Positions 1-11,362 of a stretch of 32,000 bases of DNA are shown here, piece by piece; positions within the stretch are counted from its first letter, which is position 1; every line of letters starts with the position of its first letter. The stretch spans positions 30,001-62,000 of the forward strand of contig JAUVVC010000006.1 of the NCBI GenBank assembly GCA_030604855.1, written 5' to 3'. Made by a program: the position numbers and the translations under genes. The notes under the pieces were generated by a model. The model had not been told where the DNA came from, did no database searches, and was given only the letters and a program-made list of their open reading frames with translations. Source of the stretch: Erysipelotrichaceae bacterium (GTDB taxonomy: Bacteria > Bacillota_I > Bacilli_A > Erysipelotrichales > Erysipelotrichaceae).

Positions 1-1101
1 ATCGGTTTCTTTATGATCATATCCGCCTCCATGACAACCAACACCTCCGCACAGGCTTTGGGCTTGGTTGCGGCAAAGCAGTTTGCTTTTCTATTGTTTG
101 GCTACATCGGCTACATCATTTTCGCGCGCCTCTTCGATGTGTACTGGTTCAAGCGATACATCATTCCCTTAGCGGTGGTGCTTTTCGTAAGTCTATTGGT
201 TCCACTCTTTTTCCCAGCAGTCAATGGCGCTCAAGCCTGGATACAATTACCGTTAGGCTTGACCATTCAACCCAGCGAATTTGCAAAACTTGGGGCTGTC
301 ATTTTATTGGCTGTCTATATTGGGGATGTGCGAGGGCGGAACATACGGCTCTCGGATTTGATACAAGTTCCGTTCTATTACATTGGGGCGACCATCCTCT
401 TGATCATTTTGATTCAAAAGGATATGGGAACCGGTGTCGTGCTCTTTGTGATGGTGGTGTTTGAGTTCTTGATGGCAGGCCATAAGAAGTTGGTTCCATT
501 GCAGGTCACGATCGTCGTGCTGATTCTGATATCGGTGGCACTTTCATTTTTGATTTTATCCCCTTCGGGAATCTACTTCGTGAAGAATGTCTTGAATCTG
601 CCCACGTATATGGTTTCACGTTTCGAGAACACCATCAATCCTTTCATCAATAAGTATGGAAGTGGGTATCAATTGGTCAATGGTTTGGTGGCTTTTGTCA
701 AAGGGGGCTGGACAGGGGTTGGTTTTGGGAAAAGTCTGCAGAAATATGGTTATCTTCCTGCCGCAAAGACGGACTTCATCTTAGCGGTCTTGGCTGAGGA
801 ATTCGGTTTTTTAGGAGTTGCGGTTGTGGTGGCTTTGTATTTCACTTTGATCTATCGTCTCTTGAAACATGCTTTGATGGCTAAGAATGAGAAGACACGC
901 ATGATCTTGGTTGGGATTGCGATGTATCTTTTCAGTCATTTCGTTTTGAACGTCGGAGGGGTGAGTGCCTTGATTCCTTTGACTGGCGTTCCCTTATTGC
1001 TTCTATCTTCAGGAGGATCCAGTACCTTATCCATCATGTTTGGATTAGGCATTGCGCAAGCCTTGATCATCAAGCAGAAACGTGAGGAGCTTGAACCATG
1101 A
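1..1101 (+). CDS. SEDS-family peptidoglycan glycosyltransferase (FtsW/RodA/SpoVE), 5' end outside the window
   Basis: Frame 1 is open to the window edge (IGFF-MIISASMTT...), so the listed Met at 13 is probably internal. The protein is multi-TM throughout. The C-terminal 'IPLTGVPLLLLSSGGSS' matches the conserved P-x-T-G-x-P-L-x-x-x-S-x-G-G-S signature of FtsW/RodA. The stop overlaps the rsmD start (ATGA). Confidence 0.85.
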   Translation: MGFFMIISASMTTNTSAQALGLVAAKQFAFLLFGYIGYIIFARLFDVYWFKRYIIPLAVVLFVSLLVPLFFPAVNGAQAWIQLPLGLTIQPSEFAKLGAVILLAVYIGDVRGRNIRLSDLIQVPFYYIGATILLIILIQKDMGTGVVLFVMVVFEFLMAGHKKLVPLQVTIVVLILISVALSFLILSPSGIYFVKNVLNLPTYMVSRFENTINPFINKYGSGYQLVNGLVAFVKGGWTGVGFGKSLQKYGYLPAAKTDFILAVLAEEFGFLGVAVVVALYFTLIYRLLKHALMAKNEKTRMILVGIAMYLFSHFVLNVGGVSALIPLTGVPLLLLSSGGSSTLSIMFGLGIAQALIIKQKREELEP

Positions 1102-1643
1102 GAATCATCGCAGGTACACGTAAATCCAGAAGCATCAAAGCTTTACCAGGTCAAAACACACGTCCTACCTTGGATGTGGTCAAGGAAGCCCTGTTCGCAA
1201 GCATCGGACCCTGGATTGAAGACAAATTAATCTTGGATCTGTTTGCGGGAAGTGGCAACATCGGTTTGGAAGCTTTATCCAGAGGGGCAAGACATGTGGT
1301 TTTTGTGGATGGCTCCAAAGAAGCCTGTCAGATCATCCAAGAAAATATTCAAAGCTTGGATTTCAAGCAAGCGTCGATTCTTTTGAGAATGGATGCGTTT
1401 CAGGCCTGTCGCTATTTGAAAAACAAACAACAGGTGTTTGACTTGATCTATCTGGATCCACCCTATGCGAAAGTGAATTTGGTGAAAGTTCTGAAAGCCT
1501 TGGAGCCCATCAGTCATCTGGATTCAAGAATCATTTACGAGTGTTTGAAGGATGAATCCTTCGATCTACCCGAAGGCTATGCGCTTGATAAAACAAGCAT
1601 CTATGGTAGAATTGCCTTATACTTCATGCGGAGGACATCATGA
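1098..1643 (+). CDS. rsmD: 16S rRNA (guanine966-N2)-methyltransferase RsmD
   Basis: 181 aa. SAM-binding 'LDLFAGSGNIGLEALSRGA' and the N-methyltransferase 'DPPY' motif are present. It has the typical rsmD-coaD pairing and ATGA overlaps on both sides. Confidence 0.9.
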   Translation: MRIIAGTRKSRSIKALPGQNTRPTLDVVKEALFASIGPWIEDKLILDLFAGSGNIGLEALSRGARHVVFVDGSKEACQIIQENIQSLDFKQASILLRMDAFQACRYLKNKQQVFDLIYLDPPYAKVNLVKVLKALEPISHLDSRIIYECLKDESFDLPEGYALDKTSIYGRIALYFMRRTS

Positions 1644-2119
1644 AAAAAGCCATCTATCCAGGAACGTTTGATCCAATCACACGTGGTCACCTGGATATCA
1701 TTCGACGCGCCAGTTCGCTCGTCGATCATCTCGAAGTCGTCATCATGCACAATCCAACCAAATCATCGTCTGATTTCAGCGTTGAAGAACGTTTGCACAT
1801 GATTGAACTCGTCATTAAAGAATTTGATAATGTCAGCGTCAGTGCCCAACATGGCTTGACGGTAGAATATGCAAAGAAGATCGGGGCAAAAGTTCTGTTC
1901 AGAGGCATCCGAGCGGTCATGGATTATGAGTATGAACTCCAGCAAGCAACTGCCAACATGGTTCTGGCGGAAGAGATTGAAACGGTGTTTCTCTTGACGC
2001 GACCCAAGTATTCATTCTTATCATCATCGGTGGTCAAACAGATTGCGGTGAACAAAGGGGATCTGAGTCCCTTTGTGCCGGAATGTGTCAAAACCATGAT
2101 TGAAGCGAAGTACAAATAA
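1640..2119 (+). CDS. coaD: Phosphopantetheine adenylyltransferase CoaD
   Basis: 159 aa. The N-terminus 'AIYPGTFDPITRGHLDII' is the nucleotidyltransferase T/HxGH motif, and the 'SSSVVKQ' region near the C-terminus is typical of PPAT. Confidence 0.93.
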   Translation: MKKAIYPGTFDPITRGHLDIIRRASSLVDHLEVVIMHNPTKSSSDFSVEERLHMIELVIKEFDNVSVSAQHGLTVEYAKKIGAKVLFRGIRAVMDYEYELQQATANMVLAEEIETVFLLTRPKYSFLSSSVVKQIAVNKGDLSPFVPECVKTMIEAKYK

Positions 2120-2151
2120 TCAACTTATAACCGCTTGATTCAAGCTTGATA

Positions 2152-2180
2152 AATAGTCGACTTACCTTGACTATTTTTTT
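2152..2180 (+). terminator. Rho-independent terminator after coaD
   Basis: Stem aatagtc(ga)/(tt)gactatt around a roughly 6-10 nt loop, followed by a run of 7 T (2174-2180), 33 nt after the coaD stop. Confidence 0.6.
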
Positions 2181-2195
2181 GTTTAACCAATGATA

Positions 2196-2222
2196 TTAGC
2201 ACTTAAGTGTTGACAGTGCTAA
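2196..2222 (+). promoter_or_regulatory. CIRCE operator copy 1 (HrcA binding site), overlapping the -35 box
   Basis: TTAGCACTT-N9-CAGTGCTAA versus consensus TTAGCACTC-N9-GAGTGCTAA, with one mismatch per arm. The spacer and right arm contain TTGACA (2210-2215). Confidence 0.9.
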
Positions 2223-2237
2223 AAGCTGTGCTATACT
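2210..2237 (+). promoter_or_regulatory. SigA-type promoter of the hrcA operon
   Basis: -35 TTGACA (2210-2215), 16-nt spacer, and an extended -10 TGcTATACT (2229-2237). SD AGGAGG lies at 2265-2270 and the ATG at 2278. Confidence 0.75.
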
Positions 2238-2238
2238 A

Positions 2239-2265
2239 TTAGCAGACATCTTAATTGAGTGCTAA
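2239..2265 (+). promoter_or_regulatory. CIRCE operator copy 2, between the -10 box and the SD
   Basis: TTAGCAGAC-N9-GAGTGCTAA. The right arm is perfect and the left arm has 2 mismatches. It starts 2 nt after the -10 box and ends where the SD begins. Confidence 0.85.
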
Positions 2266-2277
2266 GGAGGTGACGGA

Positions 2278-3293
2278 ATGTTAAGTAGTCGTAAGATCGA
2301 GATCTTAAAAGCCATCGTCGAATCGTTTATCGCCAGTGCCGAACCTGTGGGTTCAAAGACCTTGATGGAAAGCTTTAATCTTCCGTACTCATCCGCAACC
2401 ATCCGCAATGAGATGTTGGAATTGGAGAACCTAGGGTACTTGGAAAAGACCCATACCTCCAGTGGACGCGTTCCTTCAACCTTAGGGTATCGCTATTATG
2501 TCGAGCACTTGATGGTGGATCGTATGGAACCTTCCTTGGAATACGCTTTACAAGAAGTTTTCTTTGATCGTCAATTGAACATTGAAGAAGTCATCAAACG
2601 AAGCTGTGATATCTTGGCTCAGATGACCAATCTGACATCGATGGTCTTAGGACCCGATGCCAGTACACAGACCTTGGAGCATATCAACCTATTCCCAGTC
2701 GATCAAAACAAAGCCGTTGCGGTCTTCATCACCAACGCAGGTCATACGGAGAATCGTGTGTTCCAGTTCGAGGAGAAGATCAGTGTTGAAGAATTGGCAC
2801 ATTTCTGTTCCATTCTCAATGAACGTTTAAGTGGAACGACCTTGGATCAGGTGGTGGCTAAGTTGCAGTTGATCAAGCCGATTTTGGCGCAATCGATTAC
2901 GAAGTATGAAGCCATCTTCCAAGCCTTCTTCAATGCTTTCATAAAGTTTGCGAACACGAATTTTTATTTAAGTGGAACGAACAATGTCTTCAATCAGCCG
3001 GAGTTCACAGACATCAATAAGCTCAAGCAATTGATGAACATGTTTGAAAACAGTCAGATTTGGAAAGAGATCGGATCGAACCAAAACAACCTGCGCTTGC
3101 AACATGGCAAACATTCAAGCATCGCATGGTTGGATGATATGGCTGTCGTGACCAGTACGTTTCAGTTGGATGATCAAGAATCGGGACAACTCATGGTGGT
3201 TGGACCCAGCCGTATGGAATATGACCGTGTCGTCGCCCTGATGGAATTCTTAAGCAGTGCGATTGAAAAGGTTTATGGAAAAGGAGATTCATC

Positions 3294-3297
<4 letters not shown>
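2278..3297 (+). CDS. hrcA: Heat-inducible transcription repressor HrcA
   Basis: 339 aa. The N-terminal winged-helix 'LSSRKIEILKAIVESFIASAEPVGSKTL...SSATIRNEM..LE..GYLEKTHTSSGRVPS' is the HrcA signature. It is preceded by CIRCE and followed by grpE-dnaK-dnaJ. Confidence 0.95.
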
Positions 3298-5661
<2,364 letters not shown>

Positions 5662-5666
5662 AACTT

Positions 5667-5691
5667 AACCTAGGGATTTCCCTAGGTTTTA
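5667..5691 (+). terminator. Perfect hairpin between dnaK and dnaJ (partial terminator or processing/stability element)
   Basis: aacctaggg-attt-ccctaggtt (9-10 bp perfect stem) followed by a short T tract (tttt at). It begins 6 nt after the dnaK stop, and the dnaJ SD (GGAGGG) follows 5-6 nt after the T tract. The short U tract suggests attenuation rather than full termination. Confidence 0.55.
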
Positions 5692-5707
5692 TCCTGGAGG
5701 GCTAAAT

Positions 5708-6820
5708 ATGGCAGATAAACGAGATTATTATGAGGTGTTAGGAGTCAGTAAAACCGCAAGTGAAGCGGACATCAAAAAAGCCTATCGAAGCCTTGCGAAG
5801 AAGTATCACCCCGATATCAACAAAGAAAAAGGGGCGGATGTGAAGTTTAAGGAAGTACAAGAAGCGTACGAAGTTTTAAGTGACCAGCAAAAACGTGCCA
5901 ACTACGACCAATTCGGTCATGCGGGCATGGACAACAATGGCTTTGGTGGTTTCGGTGGTTTCCAATCCGGTGGTTTCGAAGACATCAACGATATCTTTGG
6001 ATCCTTCTTTGGAGGTGGCTTCAACCAATCCCAACGCCGTCAATCCGGTCCACGCAAAGGTGAAGATCGCTTGATGCAGATGCGTGTCGATTTCATGGAT
6101 GCGATCTTTGGTAAAACCGAAAGCATCTCTTTGGATGTCGAGGAGCAATGTTCGGTTTGTATGGGCAGTGGTGCCCACAGCAAGTCCGACATCCAAATGT
6201 GTCCAACCTGTAATGGGAAGGGCTCGGTGACCACCCAACAAAGAACACCATTCGGCGTCTTTCAGTCCTCTAGTGTGTGCCCTGAATGTCAGGGTACAGG
6301 TAAGAAGATTCTCAACAAGTGTTCGAAATGCCACGGTCGCGGGTATGAGAAGAAACGTGTCACCGTGGACATCAAGATTCCAGCGGGCATTCATTCCGGC
6401 CAACAACTCCGTGTGCCTGGTAAAGGTGAACGGGGTGCTCAAGGGGGTCCAAATGGCGATCTCTACATTGAAATCGTTGTGTCTAAGCATAAATTCTTCC
6501 AACGTGAAGGCAATCATATCTATATCTCCGTACCTGTTTCCGCCATCGATGCGACCCTTGGATGTAAGATCGATGTCCCAACGGTTCATGGGGATGTGGA
6601 ATTAACGATTCCTTCAGGTACCCAACATGGCACACAGTTCCGTTTAAAAGGAAAAGGAGTCAAGGATTTGAATTCCACCAACATGGGTGACCAGTTCGTT
6701 GAGGTCAAACTTCAAGTGGAGGATAAGATCAGTCGTGAAGAAAAAGAGCTCTATGAAAAGCTCAAGAAAATCCAAGGAAAAGACTCGATTTACGATCGTT
6801 TCAAAAAAGCTTTCAAGTAA
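5708..6820 (+). CDS. dnaJ: Co-chaperone DnaJ (Hsp40, type I)
   Basis: 370 aa. J-domain with 'KKYHPDINK' (HPD), a G/F-rich linker, and four CxxCxGxG zinc-finger repeats ([32 protein letters not shown]). Confidence 0.97.
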   Translation: MADKRDYYEVLGVSKTASEADIKKAYRSLAKKYHPDINKEKGADVKFKEVQEAYEVLSDQQKRANYDQFGHAGMDNNGFGGFGGFQSGGFEDINDIFGSFFGGGFNQSQRRQSGPRKGEDRLMQMRVDFMDAIFGKTESISLDVEEQCSVCMGSGAHSKSDIQMCPTCNGKGSVTTQQRTPFGVFQSSSVCPECQGTGKKILNKCSKCHGRGYEKKRVTVDIKIPAGIHSGQQLRVPGKGERGAQGGPNGDLYIEIVVSKHKFFQREGNHIYISVPVSAIDATLGCKIDVPTVHGDVELTIPSGTQHGTQFRLKGKGVKDLNSTNMGDQFVEVKLQVEDKISREEKELYEKLKKIQGKDSIYDRFKKAFK

Positions 6821-6841
6821 CGGGTCCCCGTTACTTTTTTG
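6817..6841 (+). terminator. Rho-independent terminator overlapping the dnaJ stop
   Basis: gtaacgg-gtcc-ccgttac followed by tttttt(g)t. The stop codon TAA (6818-6820) lies in the 5' arm. Confidence 0.65.
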
Positions 6842-6859
6842 TCTCTCGAAAGGAGTAAC

Positions 6860-9427
6860 ATGAGTACCAATCAATTTACCCAAAAACTACAATTCATTTT
6901 AAGCAATGCCGCTGAGCATGCCTTCAGTCAAAATCATCCTGAAGTGACCTGTGCCCATGTGTATTGGGCGATGGTGGAAGATGGCATCTTGGATGGCATC
7001 TTATCCCGCTTGAATATCCAGAAGACATCGTTCAGAAGTATCGTATCCCAAGCTATTGATCAGCTTCCTGTACAAAGCGACGCCAATCAACCCAACCTAT
7101 CCAAAGATTTGAATCAAAGTATTTTGAATGCATTAAACGAAATGAAGAAGAACCAGGAATCTCATTTAGGCGCATTGTTGCTTTTCAAGGTTATGGTTCT
7201 CAATAAGAGTCCACTCTCACAGAAGTTGGTGGATACCTTTAGAATCAATGCCAGTCAGTTGAACCAAGCCATTCAAAGCTCTCTTCAAGGTAAAAAAGTT
7301 CAAGCTGAAAACGCTGAGAATCAACTTGAAGCCCTCAAGAAGTATGGTAAAGATCTAGTGGAAGAAGTTCGCAATGGAAAGATCGATCCCATCATCGGAA
7401 GAGATGATGAAATCAGAAGAGTGATTGAGATTCTGTCGCGTAAAACAAAAAACAATCCGGTTCTGATCGGTTTTCCTGGTGTTGGTAAAACAGCCATCGC
7501 AGAGGGACTCGCTTGGCGTATTCTGAAAGGAGACGTTCCTTTTGGACTCAAAGATAAGCAACTCATTGAACTCGATATGGGTGCTTTGATCGCGGGTGCG
7601 AAGTATCGTGGTGAATTCGAAGAACGCTTGAAAGCGGTTCTGGATGAAATCAAACAAGCGGAAGGTTCCATCATCCTTTTCATCGATGAACTCCATAATC
7701 TGGTCGGAGCGGGTAAAACCGAAGGCTCGATGGATGCGGCAAATCTCTTGAAGCCAATGTTGGCAAGAGGGGAACTGCGTTGCATTGGTGCCACCACCTT
7801 TGATGAATACAAGAAACACATAGAGAAGGATGCGGCACTGGAGCGTCGTTTTCAGAAGATCACCGTGGATGAGCCAAGTGTGGAAGAGACCATCTCCATC
7901 CTGCGTGGTTTGAAGGATCGTTATGAGTCCCACCATGGGGTGAACATCAAAGATGAAGCGATTTTGGCGGCTGCGAAGCTCTCCAATCGATACATCAACG
8001 ACCGCTTCCTACCCGATAAAGCCATCGACTTGATCGATGAAGCTTGTGCGACCATCCGTGTTGAGATGGATTCGATGCCTCAAGAGTTGGATGATCTGAA
8101 TCGTAAGATCATGCAGCTGGAGATCGAAGAAATATCCCTTAAAAAGGAAACGGATGAACGAGCCTTGGATCGTTTGGAAGAAATCCAGAAAGAACTTTCC
8201 AACCTCAAAGAAGAACACAAAATCCTCAACCTAAAATGGCAAGAAGAAAAGAAATATCTGGATCAGGTCAAATTGGATAAGGAAGCCTTAGAGAAAGCAC
8301 GTCTGGATTTGGAGAATGCGACCAACGATGCACGTTATGAAGAGGCAGCACGTCTACAATATGAAACCATTCCGAATCTTGAGAAACGCATCGCATCGCA
8401 CCAAGATAAAGATAAAGAGAATCCATTGATTCAAGAAATCGTGGATGAGGAACTCATTGCGAAGATCGTCTCAAGGTGGACGCATATTGATGTTCATCGT
8501 TTACTTTCGACGGATCGTCAAAAACTCTTACAACTGCCGAAGTTTTTGGCGCAACGTGTTATGGGTCAAGATGAAGCCTTGAATCTCGTCAGCTCAGCCA
8601 TCATGCGTTCCAAGGCTCATATTCAGGATGAACATCGACCGATTGGATCCTTCCTATTCTTAGGCCCGACCGGTGTGGGTAAAACAGAAGTCGCTCGTGC
8701 GCTTGCCCAGCAACTCTTTGACGATGAATCTAAAATCGTACGCATCGACATGAGTGAATACATGGAGAAACATTCCGTGTCCCGCTTGATCGGAGCCCCT
8801 CCAGGCTATATCGGTTATGAAGAAGGGGGTCAGTTGACTGAAGCGGTGCGTCGTAAACCGTATTCAATCGTCCTCTTGGATGAGATTGAGAAGGCACATC
8901 CGGATGTCTTCAATATCCTCCTACAAATCTTGGAAGATGGACGAATCACCGACAATCAAGGCGTCACCGTGAATTTCAGGAACACCTTGGTCATCATGAC
9001 ATCCAACCTCGCTTCCCAATACATCCTCGACAATGATCTGACCCGTCGCGAACAATTGGTCATGAATGAAGTGCGCAGAACGTTCAAGCCGGAGTTCATC
9101 AATCGTATCGATGAAATCGTGATCTTCAATCCTCTGAACAATGAAGTCTTAGGACAGATCGCAGAGAAGTTCATCATTGAACTCAAACAACGCTTAGCAG
9201 AACAGAATTATCGCTTGGAGGTCAGCTTAGCCGCTAAACAAAACATCATTCGTGAAGGTTCCGATCTGCAGTATGGAGCACGACCGATGAAGCGGCACAT
9301 GCAGCGCATGATTGAAAGCAAACTTGCATACTTCATCTTGGAACACAATCCACCTCAGGACAGTATCCTACTGGTGGATTATGAAGACTTTGATTATGTG
9401 GTAAGGATTAAGAATCAGTTGAACTGA
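6860..9427 (+). CDS. clpB: ATP-dependent disaggregase ClpB
   Basis: 855 aa from ATG 6860, with SD AAAGGAG at 6849-6855. Two AAA+ modules are present (Walker A 'GFPGVGKTA' and 'GPTGVGKTE'; Walker B 'ILFIDELH' and '[11 protein letters not shown]'). A long coiled-coil middle domain (about residues 400-520) distinguishes ClpB from ClpA/C/X. Confidence 0.95.
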   Translation: MSTNQFTQKLQFILSNAAEHAFSQNHPEVTCAHVYWAMVEDGILDGILSRLNIQKTSFRSIVSQAIDQLPVQSDANQPNLSKDLNQSILNALNEMKKNQESHLGALLLFKVMVLNKSPLSQKLVDTFRINASQLNQAIQSSLQGKKVQAENAENQLEALKKYGKDLVEEVRNGKIDPIIGRDDEIRRVIEILSRKTKNNPVLIGFPGVGKTAIAEGLAWRILKGDVPFGLKDKQLIELDMGALIAGAKYRGEFEERLKAVLDEIKQAEGSIILFIDELHNLVGAGKTEGSMDAANLLKPMLARGELRCIGATTFDEYKKHIEKDAALERRFQKITVDEPSVEETISILRGLKDRYESHHGVNIKDEAILAAAKLSNRYINDRFLPDKAIDLIDEACATIRVEMDSMPQELDDLNRKIMQLEIEEISLKKETDERALDRLEEIQKELSNLKEEHKILNLKWQEEKKYLDQVKLDKEALEKARLDLENATNDARYEEAARLQYETIPNLEKRIASHQDKDKENPLIQEIVDEELIAKIVSRWTHIDVHRLLSTDRQKLLQLPKFLAQRVMGQDEALNLVSSAIMRSKAHIQDEHRPIGSFLFLGPTGVGKTEVARALAQQLFDDESKIVRIDMSEYMEKHSVSRLIGAPPGYIGYEEGGQLTEAVRRKPYSIVLLDEIEKAHPDVFNILLQILEDGRITDNQGVTVNFRNTLVIMTSNLASQYILDNDLTRREQLVMNEVRRTFKPEFINRIDEIVIFNPLNNEVLGQIAEKFIIELKQRLAEQNYRLEVSLAAKQNIIREGSDLQYGARPMKRHMQRMIESKLAYFILEHNPPQDSILLVDYEDFDYVVRIKNQLN

Positions 9428-9436
9428 GCATTAGAG

Positions 9437-9465
9437 AAGTCATCTCAAAATTCGAGATGACTTTT
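9437..9465. terminator. Terminator after clpB, possibly shared with the convergent PrsW-family gene
   Basis: aagtcatctc-aaaattc-gagatgactt (10-bp perfect stem) then tt(c). It lies in the 99-nt gap between the convergent clpB (+) and the 9527..10627 gene (-). An A-rich tract on the 5' side gives only a weak U tract for the minus strand. Confidence 0.7.
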
Positions 9466-9526
9466 CATAAGGGAGAAGACTCTTTCAACACAACCCATGA
9501 GCAAACGATTTCTTGTTTGCGGATGT

Positions 9527-10627
9527 TTATGGATTTGAAGCTTCATTTCTACCAATCAGTTCTTGGACAACAAGGTCAAAAGGTTCAGCTTTGATGCCGA
9601 CTTTGATGTAGTGTCGGAAGGCATTGCTTAATTGATTATCACGTTGCAAACATGTAAGCCAATTCATGATTGAGTTAAATATGTTTCGAGAGGGCTCAAG
9701 CTTCAGTTTGATCGCTTCAAGTTCAGGCTTGAAACGTTGCTTATTACGATAGAAGAGATAGGCTGTGACAATGAGACCAATCGTATGCGAGATGGGAATC
9801 AAACGACCATAGAGGGTGAACATCGGTAGTATTTTTGCCCACAGTTGTTCGGGATAAGGCTGGTACCAATTCCACATGCTGTGATCAAAGACACTGAAAA
9901 GGTAGGCAATGATTGGAAGAATGATAAAGTGTTTCTTTTTGAGATAAATGAACCAACCAAATGCGAAAGCAATGGTGGCTGTATAACCTGAATGCCCAAA
10001 CCAGATCATTGGATTTCCGAGGTATTCACTTCGATATAGACTGGGATAGAGAAATAATCCAAACAATCCAGGTAGCGGTTCGTTGATCGAACTTCGATAG
10101 AGTCCATTCATGGATGTGAACCCATTCATTACACGAGCGATGTTTTCAAATAGATCGAAACCTGCTCCTGCAAACAGACCCAACAAGGCAAAATCAATGG
10201 GAGACAAGAGTCGATATTTTTGATAACGACGCAATAAATAAAAGACAAACAGGACTGGTAGGAACTTGGTGAATTCTTCGGTGATGGGAGCGATGATCGG
10301 ACCCGTCAGTCCTATGGTTCCAAAATAAGCTCGATCACTGAGGATGCTTTGAAGTTTGGATCCTTCCAGCAACAACCATAGGGGTTGTGCGATTGCATAG
10401 GTGACAAGAGGCACAAAGGAAGCCCCAAGCCCAAGTGCCAAGAGATGATATTTAAAGGGCAGACTGGTGAAGATAAGTAGGAGTAGGGAAAACTGAATGA
10501 CGGTTAGAAGTGGCCACCAGGCAGCCATGAGAACATCGTAAGGATTGACTTGAACGATCCACAATGTGATCAGGGCAAGGATGAAAAATACGATGCTCAG
10601 GATGACTTTGATGGAGGTCTTTTTCAT
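9527..10627 (-). CDS. PrsW-family intramembrane protease homologue (about 9 TM, with a C-terminal ~70-aa soluble tail)
   Basis: 366 aa and polytopic. All four motif blocks I associate with B. subtilis PrsW/YpdC are present in order: 'PITEEFTKF' (EE), 'GAGFDLFENI' (GF..EN), 'WFGHSGYTAT' (H) and 'VFDHSMWNW' (DH). The start overlaps the stop of the upstream ORF (ATGA). Confidence 0.72.
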   Translation of the reverse strand: MKKTSIKVILSIVFFILALITLWIVQVNPYDVLMAAWWPLLTVIQFSLLLLIFTSLPFKYHLLALGLGASFVPLVTYAIAQPLWLLLEGSKLQSILSDRAYFGTIGLTGPIIAPITEEFTKFLPVLFVFYLLRRYQKYRLLSPIDFALLGLFAGAGFDLFENIARVMNGFTSMNGLYRSSINEPLPGLFGLFLYPSLYRSEYLGNPMIWFGHSGYTATIAFAFGWFIYLKKKHFIILPIIAYLFSVFDHSMWNWYQPYPEQLWAKILPMFTLYGRLIPISHTIGLIVTAYLFYRNKQRFKPELEAIKLKLEPSRNIFNSIMNWLTCLQRDNQLSNAFRHYIKVGIKAEPFDLVVQELIGRNEASNP

Positions 10628-11064
10628 AAATCATCCTCGCGATCATTTTCAAAGTCATACGGTGTTAAAGATGGATTGCCAGAGCTATGGACATTTCCAG
10701 TTGAATTTGAGGTAAAATCACTGGATCCAGAGTTTGATGCGTTGTTGCCAATGGCATCTCCTGTGTTGATCAAGTTTGTGACACCCGAAACATAGGAACC
10801 CATCGCATCCCCAAAATTTGGAAGAAGCATATTATAAATGCCATCTGCAGCCGCTTGGCATGCGGCTTTGGAGTCTTTTGCGGATACGATATCAATTCCA
10901 TAGCGTAGAATATCCAACTTACCTGGACCTACGATCGACGGAGCGGAAAGGCTATCAATGAAATTCTGTGCGGTACCCCATGCGACAGCCCAACCGAAAC
11001 TTGCCAAAGCCATGATTTCACCAAACGCTAAGTTCTTAAGTTGATCAAGCAAGCTTAAAATCAT
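10624..11064 (-). CDS. Hypothetical 146-aa protein with one hydrophobic Trp/Ala/Gly segment, a Gly/Asn/Ser-rich C-terminal half and an acidic tail
   Basis: The ORF has a strong SD. On the minus strand it reads atGGAGGAttatcctATG, so ATG 11064 is preferred over 11079. It is translationally coupled to the PrsW-family gene. I recognise no family; the coding call rests on the SD, the coupling and the ORF length. Confidence 0.6.
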   Translation of the reverse strand: MILSLLDQLKNLAFGEIMALASFGWAVAWGTAQNFIDSLSAPSIVGPGKLDILRYGIDIVSAKDSKAACQAAADGIYNMLLPNFGDAMGSYVSGVTNLINTGDAIGNNASNSGSSDFTSNSTGNVHSSGNPSLTPYDFENDREDDL

Positions 11065-11291
11065 AGGATAATCCTCCATTTATTGATTGTTTCTTTAATG
11101 ACAGATGCTTGGTTACCCCTATTCTAGTACTTTGTGCGTAAAAGTTCCACAGACTTCTTGTATATATGAAAATGCAAAACGTTTCAATCTAAGTCTTAAG
11201 CATCAAGACTGAACTAGGGCTCCGATCATCTTAATGAAATGATGATGAACAGTGATGTTGGAGAACAGTCTTATACAAAAGAGTGGATATT

Positions 11292-11300
11292 TGATACACT
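11292..11300 (+). promoter_or_regulatory. Candidate extended -10 promoter (TGaTACACT) for the mupG-like gene
   Basis: TG-n-TACACT lies 48-63 nt upstream of the candidate starts. The same TGATACACTGAAA string recurs at the next gene's promoter (12498-12510). There is no good -35. Confidence 0.4.
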
Positions 11301-11362
11301 GAAACAAAGGAAGACAACGCTTTGGATGGATTCAAGAATGCGTTGTCATGCAAAAGAAAACC

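Noticed and set aside
5876-6589. 237-aa ORF antisense to dnaJ. Similar long antisense ORFs occur at 4902-5399 (in dnaK) and at 7321-7821 and 7355-7936 (in clpB).
   Set aside because: They lie entirely opposite highly conserved, motif-verified genes, have no SD or promoter, and their translations are low-complexity with no recognisable motifs. These are typical shadow ORFs.
6821-6859. Search for a CtsR box or CIRCE upstream of clpB.
   Set aside because: No GGTCAAA-type direct repeat and no TTAGCACTC/GAGTGCTAA arm is present. The observation is reported instead as absence of an independent regulatory region.
9501-9520. Hairpin gcaaac-N8-gtttgc just downstream of the PrsW-family gene stop, considered as its terminator.
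   Set aside because: The stem is only 6 bp and has no U tract on the minus strand. The 9437-9465 hairpin is the more credible (possibly shared) terminator.
11020-11064. The N-terminus of the 146-aa protein (MILSLLDQLKNLAFG|E) considered as a double-glycine bacteriocin leader.
   Set aside because: Position -2 is Phe rather than Gly. No C39-peptidase ABC exporter or accessory gene is nearby. The mature part (~130 aa) is long for a class II bacteriocin. The resemblance is too weak to claim.
11080-11290. The 270-nt divergent intergenic region screened for an sRNA or riboswitch. It contains small hairpins (agtctt/aagact at about 11191-11210) and an aaacgttt palindrome at 11176-11183.
   Set aside because: The stems are short and AT-rich with no following U tract. 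I recognise no riboswitch or T-box core sequence, and there is no convincing promoter-terminator pair.
9527-11347. The PrsW locus considered as a sigma/anti-sigma (SigW/RsiW-like) module.
   Set aside because: There is no ECF sigma-factor ORF and no zf-HC2 anti-sigma domain in either gene or in the flanks. The small protein lacks the HxxxCxxC motif.
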